NCBI GenBank assembly: GCA_963693365.1
Contig: CAVNZM010000001.1
Span: 19,290,125 to 19,354,124, forward strand
DNA: 64,000 bases
Direction: 5' to 3'
Origin: Amoebidium appalachense
Lineage: Eukaryota > Protista > Ichthyosporea
Shown: positions 1 to 39,140 of the stretch, one piece after another
Layout of the letters: every line of letters begins with the position of its first letter
How positions within the stretch are numbered: the stretch's first letter is position 1
Made by a program: the position numbers and the translations under genes
Notes under the pieces: model-generated
What the model saw: the letters and a program-made list of their open reading frames with translations, nothing else
Told to the model about the DNA's origin: nothing
The model's database searches: none

Positions 1-481
1 AAGTTGGGCTCTTCAGTTCGGTTGTACTTGGCGAATAGCTTCCTTTCATCTGCTTACCCTAGACCCATTCCCTCTCTTCGTTTTCGTGCTGGGTGCTGTT
101 TTCTACAACTTTCTACAACCTGGATGTAGATCGTGGTGTTGCACTGTAGCAGTGTTGCCTACATGTTGCGCTGTGTTATATGCCCCATGCAGTGCGGTTT
201 CTCGTTTCCACTATTGCGCACTACATAGCATAGACCTTGAACACAAGATTTGTCACCGACTCTACACATAGATAGCAACCTGCAAGCCTGTTAGTGTGGT
301 TATGTGTTGAGGCCAACTGATCCACCCTCGTCAACTCCCCCCCCCCCCCTCCCTCCCTCCTCCTTCCTCCCCCCTTGCTGTCCTTGAGGCACACTGTGTA
401 CCCAGACGTGGGCACCTGCACAATACACACACTCAGTCACTCACACTGAAACACACACACACACACACACACACACACCAG

Positions 482-13320
<12,839 letters not shown>

Positions 13321-14581
13321 ATATGTATGGCGTCACTGAAAGGCATTAGAACCGCACACGTGGAACCTCCATTTTTCTCCCAGGCCCTCTGGTCGCACAG
13401 ACATCCACAAACATATGCAAGGCACGGATTCTTCCAGACCTCCCCACTCGTTCAGATTCAATCTAACCACATACATACACAAAGACATACGGGTTCTGTG
13501 CAGGCTTGGCCTGTCATGTTTTTCCTTGGTGGGTGGATTGAGGTTGTATGAACATGTGTGGGGGGCGGGGGAAGTTGAAGCTTTGCATCATTTGCACTCT
13601 TGCTGAATGTAACGTGCATTTGACCTCCTATAGCGTAACGTAGACTTTCAGTCGGCATGTTTCCTGTACATAAATTATTTGTTACCATTAAAAGTAGTTG
13701 TCTATTGCGTGTGTGCATGCATGTCATGGTCATTTTAATAGTCTTAGTATTTACATAGCCATTACACACTATGAATGCTATTTTGCAGAACTACGTTTGC
13801 CAAGCCTGAGGTGAGGGGAGGTCGGGAGAAGCAAACGCGTAGGTTGTGACCGAACTGATAGCACGACATGTGTTACCTATAGCTAGTCACGTGGTTGTGA
13901 GGTCATGATGTGCAAGCGAATATGAGCCTTCATGACATGTGAATGGACCTGCAAGTCGTGGTGTTATGTTTCTGGACATGTGGTACGGTCCAGGTTTCAG
14001 CACGTTTGTTGAATTTCATGTGTCAATATCGATGCCATTTGGTAGCACTTCCCAATAGCTGTTATTATTCCCAGGGCCTGAGTTCACCATCAAGTATAAT
14101 CCATTGATACTGATGTTGGTTCAGTGGGCCAGAATCTTATCAAATATGAAAATAAATGCATTGAGCTTGCAATTGCAACAGACCAGTTTGGCCATGGGAT
14201 GGATATTCTGGTCTCCAAGGCTTTGTACCCGCTGGCTTTATTACGTAAGTGGCTGGGCCCTACTTGGCTGCGGCAGCATACAAGGGATCTTAGAGGACCG
14301 CAGAGAGACAGCAACGGTACCGTCAGAGTGGATATGGATATTCGTTATTTTTTTTAGTTTTATAATATTCCTTCCTTTTTTTTTGCCCCTACTTTTTGGC
14401 AGTTGATTGTTTGGATCGATATCCCCCTGAGTGGCCGGCCAGTGCAAGCTGCGGAGATCCCCCGAGGCGCTTTAGGTACAAAGCTACATGTACAGGTCCT
14501 GATAGAAGGTGCATACCCTGAGTACATACATACGTATACAGCTACACACTGTCCGACGGGCCAGGGGAGCCGCGGCGCGCG

Positions 14582-14616
<35 letters not shown>

Positions 14617-14640
14617 AGAGGGGCCCGGGGGCACAACTTG

Positions 14641-14707
14641 ATTGGCTGAATCAAAAGTTTGGCGCGAAACCTGATTTGTGACGTCACGCTGAATTTTGGC
14701 GCCAAAA
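14641..14707 (+). promoter_or_regulatory. RPA3 promoter: two E2F-type sites, a CRE/ATF palindrome and an inverted CCAAT box
   Basis: ATTGG at 14641; TTTGGCGCGAAA 14658-14669; GTGACGTCAC 14678-14687; palindromic TTTTGGCGCCAAAA 14694-14707; all 140-200 bp upstream of the ATG of a DNA-replication gene. Confidence 0.7.
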
Positions 14708-14846
14708 CGTTGAGCGCGGGCACCAACGCCCCGCAGGGCACCCCGACGTTCATATTTCGCCACTCTTCTCAGAGGCACCATCTTACCACTCATTCCAAGA
14801 CCTTTACCTGTGTGTCTGCACCTACTTTCCCGTTTGCGCAACGAGT

Positions 14847-15566
14847 ATGCCCGTCGCCATGGACAGCGCTCAGACAGCCGCCGCCCGCGTGGAAGTGAAC
14901 AACCTGCCTGGGTACAGAAACGCCACCGTGCGCATTGTTGGCCAGGTCATCGAGGTGCGTGTAAACCCACCATCACACACGTACATACACACGCACACAC
15001 GCAAGCATGCACACACACACACGCACGCACGCACGCACACACGCACACGGACACACACACGCACACGGACACGCACACCCACATCCACACGCATACGCAC
15101 ATGCACACACGTGCACACACGCACACACATACACACACACGCGCGCGCGCGCGCGCGCACACACGCATTCTAATTAGGGCCACTTTTTACTTGCTCTTAA
15201 GTTTTAAATTCATTCTGGATAGCAGTGCTGTTATTGTTCTAGTTTCCTGGTGTTCCCTGCTCTTTTTTTCGTGGCTTTTCTCCACCCCGGCCACTGGTAT
15301 ATGTTGAGTCCCTTCCATGTTTTTTCCTTCTCCTTCCTTACACCTCCCTTCTTGTACTTCATCTCCGTTCGTTTGACTTAGGCTCCGATTTGATATTTGC
15401 TTCCTGATCTGTCTTTTTTGGTGCCTTACACAGTGTTTGATCATTGCACTTTTTCTTTTTTCTTTTTTGAGGTTGCTTTGCAGCTGCTAATTGACAAAAG
15501 AATTTCCCTTTGAGTGCTTATAGGTTTTTAACAAACCCTTGCAAGCTGCTCACACTTTCAATCTTA

Positions 15567-15619
<53 letters not shown>

Positions 15620-16417
15620 CCCAACCCCAAACCCCCCTCCGCTCTCGATATTTTCTGGCTCCCTCTGTACAGTCAAAACGTCCGCCCCCTCCTTTCACCT
15701 CTTTCCCCTTAAACCCATACTTGCTCTATTCCTCTCACCTACTCTCCATTCTCCGTTTCCCTCAAACCTCATCTTTCTCCTTCGCCCCTCTTCTCCTCCC
15801 CGCCCCTCCCACTTCCGTACTTAAACTTATCTTTTTTTTTTTTTGCCACTCTTTCTTCATAACATACCACTCCTCGCCTTCACAGAACAATAATGGCGCA
15901 ACCGTTGTTTTGGCAACACCACAAGGCAACGTCACCATTCAGAGACTACCGGTGAGTTCCGTTTTCACACTTCACACAACTCATGTTGCGCATTGGTTTA
16001 GCGCACCGCAGAGTCATCGCTTTGTTGAGGACAAATGGGTTGTCTCGATTTTTGGTATGGTATGCGTGGTTCACCACCCCTTGTGTGCTCATCTGTGTGT
16101 GTTTAGTAGACACCTAGTGCAAGCATGCCCGTGCATTTTGGTGCTGTTTAGTTAGTTGTGGCGCGAGTGTAAGTGGGTGTCATGAATGAAACTCCTTGTC
16201 AACTCGTATGTGTGTGTTTGTGTTCACTCCATCTCCCTAGTCTATCATCACTACTCCAAACACTGACACATCACTTATGTCAATAAACAGGACAGTGAAT
16301 ATTCTGACTATATGGAGGTTATTGGGCGGGTCAACTCAAACAACACAGTCGAAGAGTACAGCAGCACATGTTTCGGCCCCAATTTTGGTGCGTCTATTCT
16401 TGCGCTCATGCTCATAC

Positions 16418-16453
<36 letters not shown>

Positions 16454-16646
16454 ACCACCACCACCACCACCACCACCACCACCAGCAGCAGCAGCAGCAG
16501 CACCACCACCACCACCCAAAAAAAAAAAAAAAGAAGAAGACCCCACCTGTTCCACCTGTGGGTGTCGTGTACATGTCGACATGGCATCTGCTTTCCACTT
16601 TTCTTTACCCTCTCGTCTCTATTCCCCTTCCTCCTCCCCCTCCTCC

Positions 16647-16680
<34 letters not shown>

Positions 16681-17349
16681 CCCCCGTCCCAGCGCTTCCA
16701 GAGCCCCCCACCCCCTTCTTGTTCTGAGCCCCAATACCCCGTAAAAAATATGCACGTATACACATCAGTAAACATATGCATTCCCCTTTCTCTGTACTTG
16801 TAGAGTGCAGGCAGTGATGGACCTGCCTTCTCTACTCCCCTCCCCCCGTCTTCTCCTTCAGCCCCCCCCCCCCCCCCCCCCCCTCCCCCTCCCCACCTCC
16901 CCTTCTTCTTTTACCCCCCCCCCCCCCCCCCCCCTTTAAAAGTGTTCCTCCCCTTCCTTTACTTAATCACCATCTCTCAAAAACGACATCACCCCCCTTT
17001 CCTCCCCTTCCCCTTCTTCCCCTCCCCTCCCCCCCCCCCCCCCATCACCACCACCACCACCACCCCTTTCCCCATCTGAGATATCATCGCTACATCCACC
17101 TCCCCCCTCCCCCCTCCTCAGCCCCACCCCCGGGGCATGTTTTTGAGCAACTTACCCTTTCAGGTGTTTAGCTCCCTTTCACTGGGTGGGTTTTTCTTTC
17201 TGAATGGATGTAGGCATGCTCCTATATGCTTCCCCACGCACTGCAAGTGTCATGTGTAATGCTGGGTTGTGTGTGTATACTCTACTCCATTTTCTAACAA
17301 TGGTGCACTTCTTTGCTGTGCTCTGTGCTCGTATCGTATGTAGCACAGA

Positions 17350-17384
<35 letters not shown>

Positions 17385-17730
17385 CCCCCCCCCCTCCCCG
17401 GGCTGCCTTCTCCCCTCCCTCCTACCTGTTGGCCAATCCATCGAGATTCTTTTTTCTTCCGTCGTAATGTTTGTTTGCATAATGTGTGTGCACACACATG
17501 TACTCGCTGTGGGCTCCCTCATCGAGCAGCCGGCGGCTTTCATGTATGCCCCTGTGTGTATGCTACTCTGCCTCGTGCACCGTGCGATATCCTTTTGTTT
17601 GTGCTCCTACTTGTTTGTCGATCATTGGCCGGTGGAAAGGCCTATAAATGCGCATGGATCCCCTGTGCATATATTGTGTGCTAATACTAGATGCTAACCC
17701 CTTCTCCCCCTGCCTTCCCTTCCCCCCCCC

Positions 17731-17763
<33 letters not shown>

Positions 17764-17825
17764 ACCCAACCCCCAACCCCCAACCCCCAACAAAAACGCA
17801 CACGTGCTTACGCACACACTAACAT

Positions 17826-17887
<62 letters not shown>

Positions 17888-17944
17888 CTCAAGCTATACA
17901 GCGAAGCAGTAGGCCTCTCTCTGCAGTACTCCAACATCTTTTAG
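14847..17944 (+). CDS. RPA3: Replication protein A 14 kDa subunit (OB fold)
   Basis: Exons 14847-14954, 15886-15951, 16291-16387, 17886-17944 join in phase: ..[69 protein letters not shown], carrying the RPA3 motifs VxxVG, EVIG and FDLxLYxEAV. Confidence 0.9.
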
Positions 17945-18454
17945 GCCCCAATAATAGATATAACTTCTGTACTAATACAACAGTTATCATGTTGTGAGAA
18001 TTAGATATTCTATTTTCCCGTTGGAAGCTTTGGAGGGAAACTGTGTTACTCTCGAGCAGAAATATAAACCTACGGCCTTCCTTAGTTCGTGTGGTTTGCT
18101 TTGCGGATACGCGTTGGGAGATATTGTTTTTCGAAAGCGGGGCGTCATTGGTTCTCGCCCGGGCGTGTGCATGTGTGTTTTGAAGCAACTTGCTAAAAAG
18201 ATTTCTGGCCTGTGTGCGATAAAAACGTGGGAATGCCGGGATCAAAATCTGCTATGATATTGCCATAGTTTTTTAAACTTGCTCATGTGTTTTGTGAGGT
18301 TACACTATAAACAATTGCTAAACACTTGTTGTTTCAGCAAATAAACTTATGTCGACATACCTTCGCTTTACGAGCCTCCCCCCCCCCCCCCCCCCCTTCC
18401 TCCCCCTCCCCCTCCCCTCCCCCCTCCCCCCAAAACCCCCAACCCCCGATCTCT

Positions 18455-18720
18455 CCACCACCAACAGTCTACCACCATCAATATTACCACCACCAACAGT
18501 CTACCACCATCAATATTACCACCACCAACAGTCTACCACCATCAATATTACCACCACCAACAGTCTACCACCATCAATATTACCACCACCAACAGTCTAC
18601 CACCATCAATATTACCACCACCAACAGTCTACCACCATCAATATTACCACCACCAACAGTCTACCACCATCAATATTACCACCACCAACAGTCTACCACC
18701 ATCAATATTACCACCACCAA
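18455..18720. repeat. Near-perfect 32-bp minisatellite (CCACCACCAACAGTCTACCACCATCAATATTA), about 8 copies
   Basis: Direct reading of head-to-tail units. Confidence 0.95.
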
Positions 18721-19749
18721 CCACACACCCATCCCACCATACGGTGCACCATGTCAAATGAAAATGGCAACTGAGTGACCGCCCCTTGCCATGTGAATGG
18801 GTTGAAATTTGTGGGCACTCAACCCCTGAGCACAAACCCCATTTGCTGTTGCACATGTGTGGCATGAGGCTGTGTGCAGGTCCGAAGGGTGAGAGGGTGG
18901 GGAGGGGGAGGGGGGCACGCCGTCAATTGAGTTCATGTGGCTGTCTTTTCCCTCCTCCTCCTCCCCCCTCCCCCCCCTCCCCCCCCCCTCCCCCCGGGGC
19001 GCCCCCTCCCCCCCCCTCCCCCCCACCCACGTGGCCACCCACGCAACGCAACCCAACCCATCCATTCACCCACACACACACACACACATTCACCCGGGGG
19101 CTCCGCACACTGGTATACATAACTACGCATTAGTTGCAATTGTGATGTCGCTTCCCGCTTAGGGCCGGCCGGCACCCCAAGTGCCCCACACCTGTACCTG
19201 GGTCCTGGGGCCGGGGTTCAACCCCACCACTTCAACTTCTAACAACGGTCTAAGCGTGTTGTTCATGATCACTCGGTCGAATATGTCATGACAATATATT
19301 GTGTGCACATGCATTTGTATGTGTAAGCACTGCGAGTTAACCCCTTAATATTAAATCTGTTGTGAGTGCATTCACATGTACAAACCGTTAACCTCATTTC
19401 TGTTTCAATTGCGTGTGAACCCATAATATGTGCCTGTGATTTTACCCTGTACCGTAGGGCCTGTTGCAACGTCCCATAATAACTACAAATATAGCTAGTA
19501 GTATGGTGCTGGCTGGACTTCAATTTGTTCATAGTCAGTTGCAATTTGGCTACCTTTATTGAAAGAACGGTTCCAGCATTATAAAAGAATGTTGTCTGCA
19601 GTCTGAAATTCGGACAATTCATGTTGAGCATTCGATAATGCAAGCGCGAGAACTTGGGTGCGGGGATGCTATATTATATTCGATTGGGAACCACTACAGT
19701 ATTTATATATTCATAAGCCTATCGTTGAGTTGGGAGTGTGCTAAGGCGA

Positions 19750-19815
<66 letters not shown>

Positions 19816-20537
19816 AAAGAAAGAAAGAAAAGAAAGAAAGAAAAAAAGAAATAAATAAATAAATAAAGGGGGGGGAAAAAAAAGAAAGAAAGAAGAAAGA
19901 AAAAAAAAGAAAAGTAAAACATACGGTTACCGATTTCGATATGGTTTCATGAGCTCGTTAGTATAAAGGCACCATGGGATACACTCCACGGACTGGGTGC
20001 GTGTGAGAATATCATAGCCATGCACAGCACTATAGCAGCCAGCGTGACACCCCTAGGTCTACACGGGCATTTGGGCACTGGGGCACTACATTTTCTATTA
20101 GAACGGTCTCGAAATTATTCCGTATTATGGTGGTGAATTAATTCGAAGTAGGTAATTGTCGACATCATTCAGACTTAATGCACGGCACAGCCGCTGCCTA
20201 CAGAAAAGAATTTCAAAAAATCAGGGGTGTGCCTCGGAAGCAGTGCACGTGTCTGTGTCTGCCTGCCGTTCTAATACTCCTTGACTACCACGTGTTTTTG
20301 CATCTGGATACGAAGGTTATACTTAGTTGCATTCATCCACGCATTCCCAAGCTGAAATTTCTACGTGCAGTTATTATCTAAGCTTTATCGGCTCTCTTTC
20401 GATAAGTTTCATACATGTTTTGTCTCCTCCATACCTCCAAAAGACACTCACAAATGGTCCTACATACGTACGTAGTACACAGTAACTTCCATACCAAATG
20501 CACTGATCTCAACCCCTCCCTCTCCCCCCCCCCCCAT

Positions 20538-20579
<42 letters not shown>

Positions 20580-20591
20580 ACAAAAAACAAG

Positions 20592-20649
<58 letters not shown>

Positions 20650-20680
20650 CAGAGACGTGTCCCCCCCCCCCCCCCCCCCC

Positions 20681-20717
<37 letters not shown>

Positions 20718-21004
20718 CCCCCCCCAAAAAACACCACCACCACCACCACACACACACACACACACACGCATCGCTCTCCGATGTATAATTATCAGATGCC
20801 TGTACGTTCAATCCCACAACATTGCTCTCATGATTGGAAGGTGTCTGCAAACACAACCGTTGGTATAGTTTGTACAAATTGATTACGAAAATTGGAAAAA
20901 AGGTCGGAGGGGCTGTAACGAAGCAAAACCACATGGTTTTAGTAGACATGAGCAAAAAAAACAAAAAAAACAAACAAAAAAAAAACAAACAAAAAGTCCC
21001 AAAA

Positions 21005-33435
<12,431 letters not shown>

Positions 33436-34170
33436 CTCATCCACGTTCCGTCTCTCTTTCAAACAATCCTGCCGGTCTCAATGGTGTTTAGCCTCTCTTT
33501 TCACACACTGTCTGTCTGTGTGTAGAGGGGTGGGCGCGGGGCAGGGGGGGGGGGGGGGGGGGGGGAGGACGGGAGGGGGGGGGGGGGGGGGGTGGAGAGG
33601 TTGGGTGTGAGAGTGTGTGTGTGTAGGGGGAACAAAGAGCGGTTTTTTTTTTTGGGGGGGGGGGGGGGAGGGGGGGCGGGGGGGGGGGGAGGGGGGGTGA
33701 GCAGGGGGAGTGGAGAAGGGGGCCTAGGGGGCGGGGGGGGGGGGGGGGGGGGGGGGGGCCATCACTGTGTCGTGTGTGTGTTTTTGTGATTACGTAACTG
33801 CAGGGGGGGGGGGGGTCGTGCTTCAGTGTCTGAGGGGTATTTAATAGAATGGCCGTGGGATGAATGAGTAAGAGGGAATCCTCAAATGGTGCAGGCTATC
33901 TCATGCATGCTTGTGTAAGTGTGGTCAGTGTGGTCATTGGGTGAGGTTGTGTCTGTTTGTGTCTCTTTGTGCGCGCTTGTCTGTGTTACGTGTGCACATC
34001 TGCGTGCGTGCAAGTGGTGTGCGTGTGTGTTTGAGTGTTCAAGGCTGTGGCCGTGCAAGGATGCATGTGCATGTGTATGCGAGCGTGCTTGCACGAGTGC
34101 TGTACGTGCTGGGGTTGGTGGTGGTGATAGTGGTGTGTGTGTGTGCGCGCGCGCGCGCGCCAGCGGAAAA

Positions 34171-34201
<31 letters not shown>

Positions 34202-34325
34202 AAAAGACAGGTTAAAACAGAGATGGTTAAAATTATGCAGAGTGGGTTAAGCATGGACAGCAACAGCCTGTCTTGTGTGCGTGCAGAAAGCGGGCAAACG
34301 GTAGAGCTAGGAAAGGTGTGTGTGT

Positions 34326-34360
<35 letters not shown>

Positions 34361-36014
34361 GGGAGGGGAGAGAAGGAGGCGGGGAGGAGGAGGAGGGGGG
34401 GGGGAGGGTGGAGGGGGGGGGGGGGAGGCTGAGGCTCCTCAGTCTTACACAGACGCAACTAGAAATGCATTATAAAGAGAGCTACACACCTTTGTTGGAA
34501 CGATTGGTAGCCTTATCTACATAACTCCGAATATGGCTTCGGCTTCCATTCAACCCGCTGACGTTTGCAAAATTGCTGTAAGTGAGCCTAAAATCACACC
34601 TGAGAGATGTGTGTGTGGGAGCAACTGTGGTCAGATGCAAAAGCAATCATACATGCACCCATGGAGAATATCTTAGTAGATATACTCCGCGCTAAAGCCT
34701 AGCGTCCTTTTTCTACTACACGTCTTCGACTACTAACCGAACCAACGTCAGTGAAAGTGGCAGTGCCGGGTCTACAAATACTATCCGTATGCCATGATTA
34801 CGTAATTGCTCTTATCAGGGCCTCGGCCATACTCAACACCGAGGCCATCTAAAGTGAGGTTGAAACGAGAAAACTGTTTCTTGATATTGTTGCAGGTGGA
34901 ACCTCACCAAGGCACCAAGCTATGCATGTGCTCGGTGTACACACTTAAACCAGAAAGGGCCACAGCAATTCCAACTTCAGAAGAGAGATCTCATCGTGAG
35001 GAGTACGTATATACCGAACACAGTCAGTCTGCCAGTGTGCACAGGGCTGGGGGAGCGCCGGGATCCGGGCACCGGGAGGGAGGGGGGAAGGGAGGGAAGG
35101 AGAGAGGGAGGGAGGGAAGGAGGGAGGGAGGGATGGAAGGACGGAGGGAGGGCGGGAGAAGGTAGGTGAGGGGGAAGGGGTTGGAGGGGGGGGAGGGGGG
35201 GAGGCCCTGGGAGACCTCAGGCAAGGTGTGATGAATAATATAAAGACACTGCAGCTGCCACGTTAGTGACGAAGAATATCGTGGAGCACATTCAATGGCA
35301 TGTTACGCTTTTGCATGAGAGTCTCGTGCAAAAGCGTAACATGCCGGGGCCTTTGTCCTGAGTGTCACACTGTGTGAAAGAATGTATTCTGTTTACAATG
35401 TGTCCATACTACAACTAACTTGGCTAAACCAAGACATAAAACGTATTCCACACACACTTGAGGCAGCTTGCCATGTGGTCCTAACATGCACATCGCAGTA
35501 CGCGGCCAAAGGCCACGTGATCGACAAATATTGCTGTACAAGATGCTGTAATGTGTTGGTATATACAAACCTTGCCACACAGGGCTCTGAGCACATAGTA
35601 CACGCTGCCGTGTCTCTTGCTATGTATTTTGTGCATACTTGCTTTAGACTTGGGTGTGCACGTGACAAAGAAAATTCGCTGAAACCGCTCGAGTTTATTC
35701 CAAGCCGCTGGCTGCCAAGACAGGCTATAGCTATAGATACACACCAGCGCATTTATTGAAGGATCCTTTTACTATAGCACCTTGCACATTTTATCAGTGT
35801 ACACGAATACGTCTCTTTGTTAGTTCTTAGGCTGAGATCTTGCAAGTTTCACATTCACCCTTGCCTATTAACTTAAAATTTTAAAAAATCTTAAAACAAG
35901 ACGGCGCCCCACTATTACTTCAGTAGCATTATTTTTAACACTTTACGACTACATTTCCTCGGCCAAGCCATACGTTATCATTCGTTTTAGCCACTGTTAC
36001 TTTCACTTCTAACT

Positions 36015-36563
36015 TTAATCAAGTAGATAGGATTGCCACTTGTCCTTTGAAAAACATGACATTTCCAGGGCCTCCTCAGCAAGCCTGATGTCATCATCAA
36101 TGGCCTCAATAAGGTCGTCCAGACTGGCAAAGCTCTGCTCGTCACGGATCCATCCCAGGCACACTATTCTCAGTTCTCGCTCATACAGGTCGCCGTCGAA
36201 CTTGTGCATTATGTGAGTCTCAGCAGCCTTTTTCACGTTTTGGTAAAATGGATTCCAGCCGATGCTTACGACCATCTTGTGCACGGGCCCTTTGCCATCA
36301 AGTGTTGCCCAGCCAAAATACACGCCCTTTACGAGGCCATCTGGAATAGCCTCTACAACATCTTCAGGCAGGTTGGCTGTTGGGATGCCAAGTTCGCGAC
36401 TACCACGGCCAAACCCCATTGTTATTTCGCCTGAGAGAAGGAGGGGCAGGCCAGCCCTGTGGAAGAGGGGGCTCTCTGCAACAGCCTTGACTATGTGGTC
36501 ATTGTTGGACTTGAGCGACTGCTGGTTGAACGTGCTGAACGTCTCGACCTCGACCTCGTACAT
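36015..36563 (-). CDS. RFK: Riboflavin kinase (intronless CDS)
   Basis: Motifs GFGRGSRELGIPTANL, GVYFGWA, MVVSIGWNPFY, ETHIMHKF, IRDEQSFASLDDLIEAIDDDI. Confidence 0.96.
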   Translation of the reverse strand: MYEVEVETFSTFNQQSLKSNNDHIVKAVAESPLFHRAGLPLLLSGEITMGFGRGSRELGIPTANLPEDVVEAIPDGLVKGVYFGWATLDGKGPVHKMVVSIGWNPFYQNVKKAAETHIMHKFDGDLYERELRIVCLGWIRDEQSFASLDDLIEAIDDDIRLAEEALEMSCFSKDKWQSYLLD

Positions 36564-37587
36564 TCTCGGTGTGTTAGGATTGGGGCGTTGTGTCGGTAGG
36601 TGTGTATGGGTGCACCGTCTGTGGAGATAAAACAGAAATGGCCCTGGTTATGAACAAGATGAATATAGATCTGTTGTGCTGCAGAAGGAGAATAAATGGG
36701 GACAAACAAAACTTGTTGTAACCTGTGTTTATAGTTTAAAACGGTACACCTAGGGCATAGAACTATCGTAAAGTATATATGTTGAAATAATAGTGCGAGT
36801 TGTTGAAAGCCACGGTTCCGGAGCTGGAAACCCTCACAACACCAGTGTGGACAAAGAAGAAGAATGAAGAGGGAGCTCCCTCAATCAGCCTATATATGCT
36901 TGGGCACCTTGTGCTACAAGTTAGCCTACAACCTAAAAGGTGATTGGTCCTCTTTTCAGAGGCAAGCAAAAGCACCCTTTGATTGGCTACATCTATCCAA
37001 TTGTGTCTTAGAAGAGTTGGCAGGCAAACTTTCTTGACGTTCTTGCATGTATAGGCACTTCCCCAATCTCCGATTCCTCGGAACGCCGTCATTTCGACAG
37101 TGCCCGATATTATTTACGTTTTTTATTAAACTAATTTTCTTAGCTTAAGGGATCGAAATATCTTTCTATACGTACACTGCAAATAGCTGTGAAATCTGTT
37201 ATCACTTATCGCACACCTTTGCCACGCATTGGATCTACGCGGAATCTAACAGCGAATTTGCCCCTTTCTACAGGCTCAGACCATTACAACATCAGCCAAT
37301 CGTTGGTGGCGTCTATTTGCTTCTGGAATGCCCAACATTCTTCTAGCGATCTCCCGCAGGGCCCTGGTCTTTGGCCCGAGCGCGCGCGTCCCACCACTTG
37401 CATTCGTTTGTTTGTGTGGCCACTTTCACATGCGCACTGTGTGCAGTCAGTCTGGCAGTTCTATCCGCCGTGGCAGTGGCTTAGTGCGACCAATGCTGTC
37501 TGCATGTGCAAACAACTTTGCAGCTAAAAGTTATGCATTTGTCCGAGAACCCCCCCGCCCCCTCCCCCCCCCCCCCTCCCCTCCGGA

Positions 37588-37620
<33 letters not shown>

Positions 37621-37630
37621 GACCACCTTA

Positions 37631-37676
<46 letters not shown>

Positions 37677-37847
37677 TTCTCCCCAACTGGGGACAAAAAA
37701 GAAAGAAAAAAAAAAAAAGACGTGCAGAACCTCATGCACGACTTGAAATGAACCCACCCCACCTTTACACCCACACTCCCGTAGGTATTCACTGACCGAG
37801 CATCCTACTCCCTTCATTCGTGTCTTGCTTGCGCTTTTACTTCCCCC

Positions 37848-37878
<31 letters not shown>

Positions 37879-37925
37879 ACATGTGTACACCCCCACCCCA
37901 CCCCTCTCCCCCTCCCCCCCCCCCC

Positions 37926-38004
<79 letters not shown>

Positions 38005-38175
38005 CCGGCCCTCCCTCCTCCCCGCTCGCCCCCCCCCCCCCCAAAAAAAAAAAAGAAAAAAAAAAAAACTGGCGGCCACGCACAACGTTAACCCTCTATT
38101 CCTTTACTGGCGATCACCCTTCTTTTTCGCCTGATGGCGATTATTTTCTCTTGTTAGACCGTCGGCCACAGACTC

Positions 38176-38309
38176 GAAATAAAGTACTGGATGTTCTCTC
38201 TAGGGGCCTAAAGGACCCTAAATCTAATAGGCCATGCATAGAATAAGAGTAGAGACGCGGTGGGGCCATCCAGTACTTTATTTCTCTCTCTCTCTACTCT
38301 ACTCTTATT
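38176..38309. repeat. Two interleaved perfect inverted repeats
   Basis: GAAATAAAGTACTGGATG 38176-38193 / CATCCAGTACTTTATTTC 38267-38284 (18 bp); AATAAGAGTAGAG 38242-38254 / CTCTACTCTTATT 38297-38309 (13 bp). Confidence 0.85.
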
Positions 38310-38996
38310 TGACGCTTTCGTCAGGATATAAGATGAAAATTAAAATCCTAAATCCAGAAATTGTCATTTTGGAGTTTTAGCAGATTGTCAATTGTTATTC
38401 ATAATTATTTAATAGCTATTAAAGAGTTTGATAAGTCCTCATTCTAGCTATAGGAGAGATTCAGCGCGACCGGTCTCCGGGTAGAAGAACGGTTGGATTA
38501 CAATTGTCTGACACGTGTGTGTTCTCTAGTAATAGTAACCCATGCTGTTGAGGGTCAGGGCAATGATGGCAGGTACCAACGCATGGCCACCCATGGTGGT
38601 ACATCCTTAATAGTTATATGGTAAAGGTGTGTTACTACTGTTAAATGCACCATTAGCACCCTAGCCAGGGTACTTTCGGTGCTCAGACGTGGAACGGTGG
38701 AAGACGGTAGTTCCCATGGGACCCTAAAGGCACCCCCCGGGGAATAAAACGGAATAATAAAAAAAAAGAAGGCATGCAAATTGTCCCAGCATGCCCCCCT
38801 CCCATATCAGGGGCGGAGGAGGCCGTGTGTTGAAACTTTGGTTAAGGCACAACTTGATGGCTTTGCCCCATCCCCCCTCCACCAAAAAAAAACAAACCCC
38901 AACACTGTACTCTTGCGGGCCTCGAATCTCACTGACAGTCTACTAGTAACCAATTTAAAGTGCATCTGGTACATAGGTGTGTGTGTGTGTGTTTGT

Positions 38997-39029
<33 letters not shown>

Positions 39030-39140
39030 TGAATGCGGAACACGGTACAAAGTACGCATACACGACGAGAAGCATGGTGCAGGACACATGCAAAGGCAAA
39101 CATTCAAGTATGCAACATCAGCCATGTGCACAGTATGCGT

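Noticed and set aside
18326-18778. ORFs with YHHQYYHHQQ / TTNSLPPSIL repeats
   Set aside because: Translations of a 32-bp minisatellite whose unit is not a multiple of three.
19160-20090. Possible TIR pair AGTGCCCCA / TGGGGCACT around ~900 bp
   Set aside because: Only 9 bp of match, no target-site duplication and no transposase remnant recognised.
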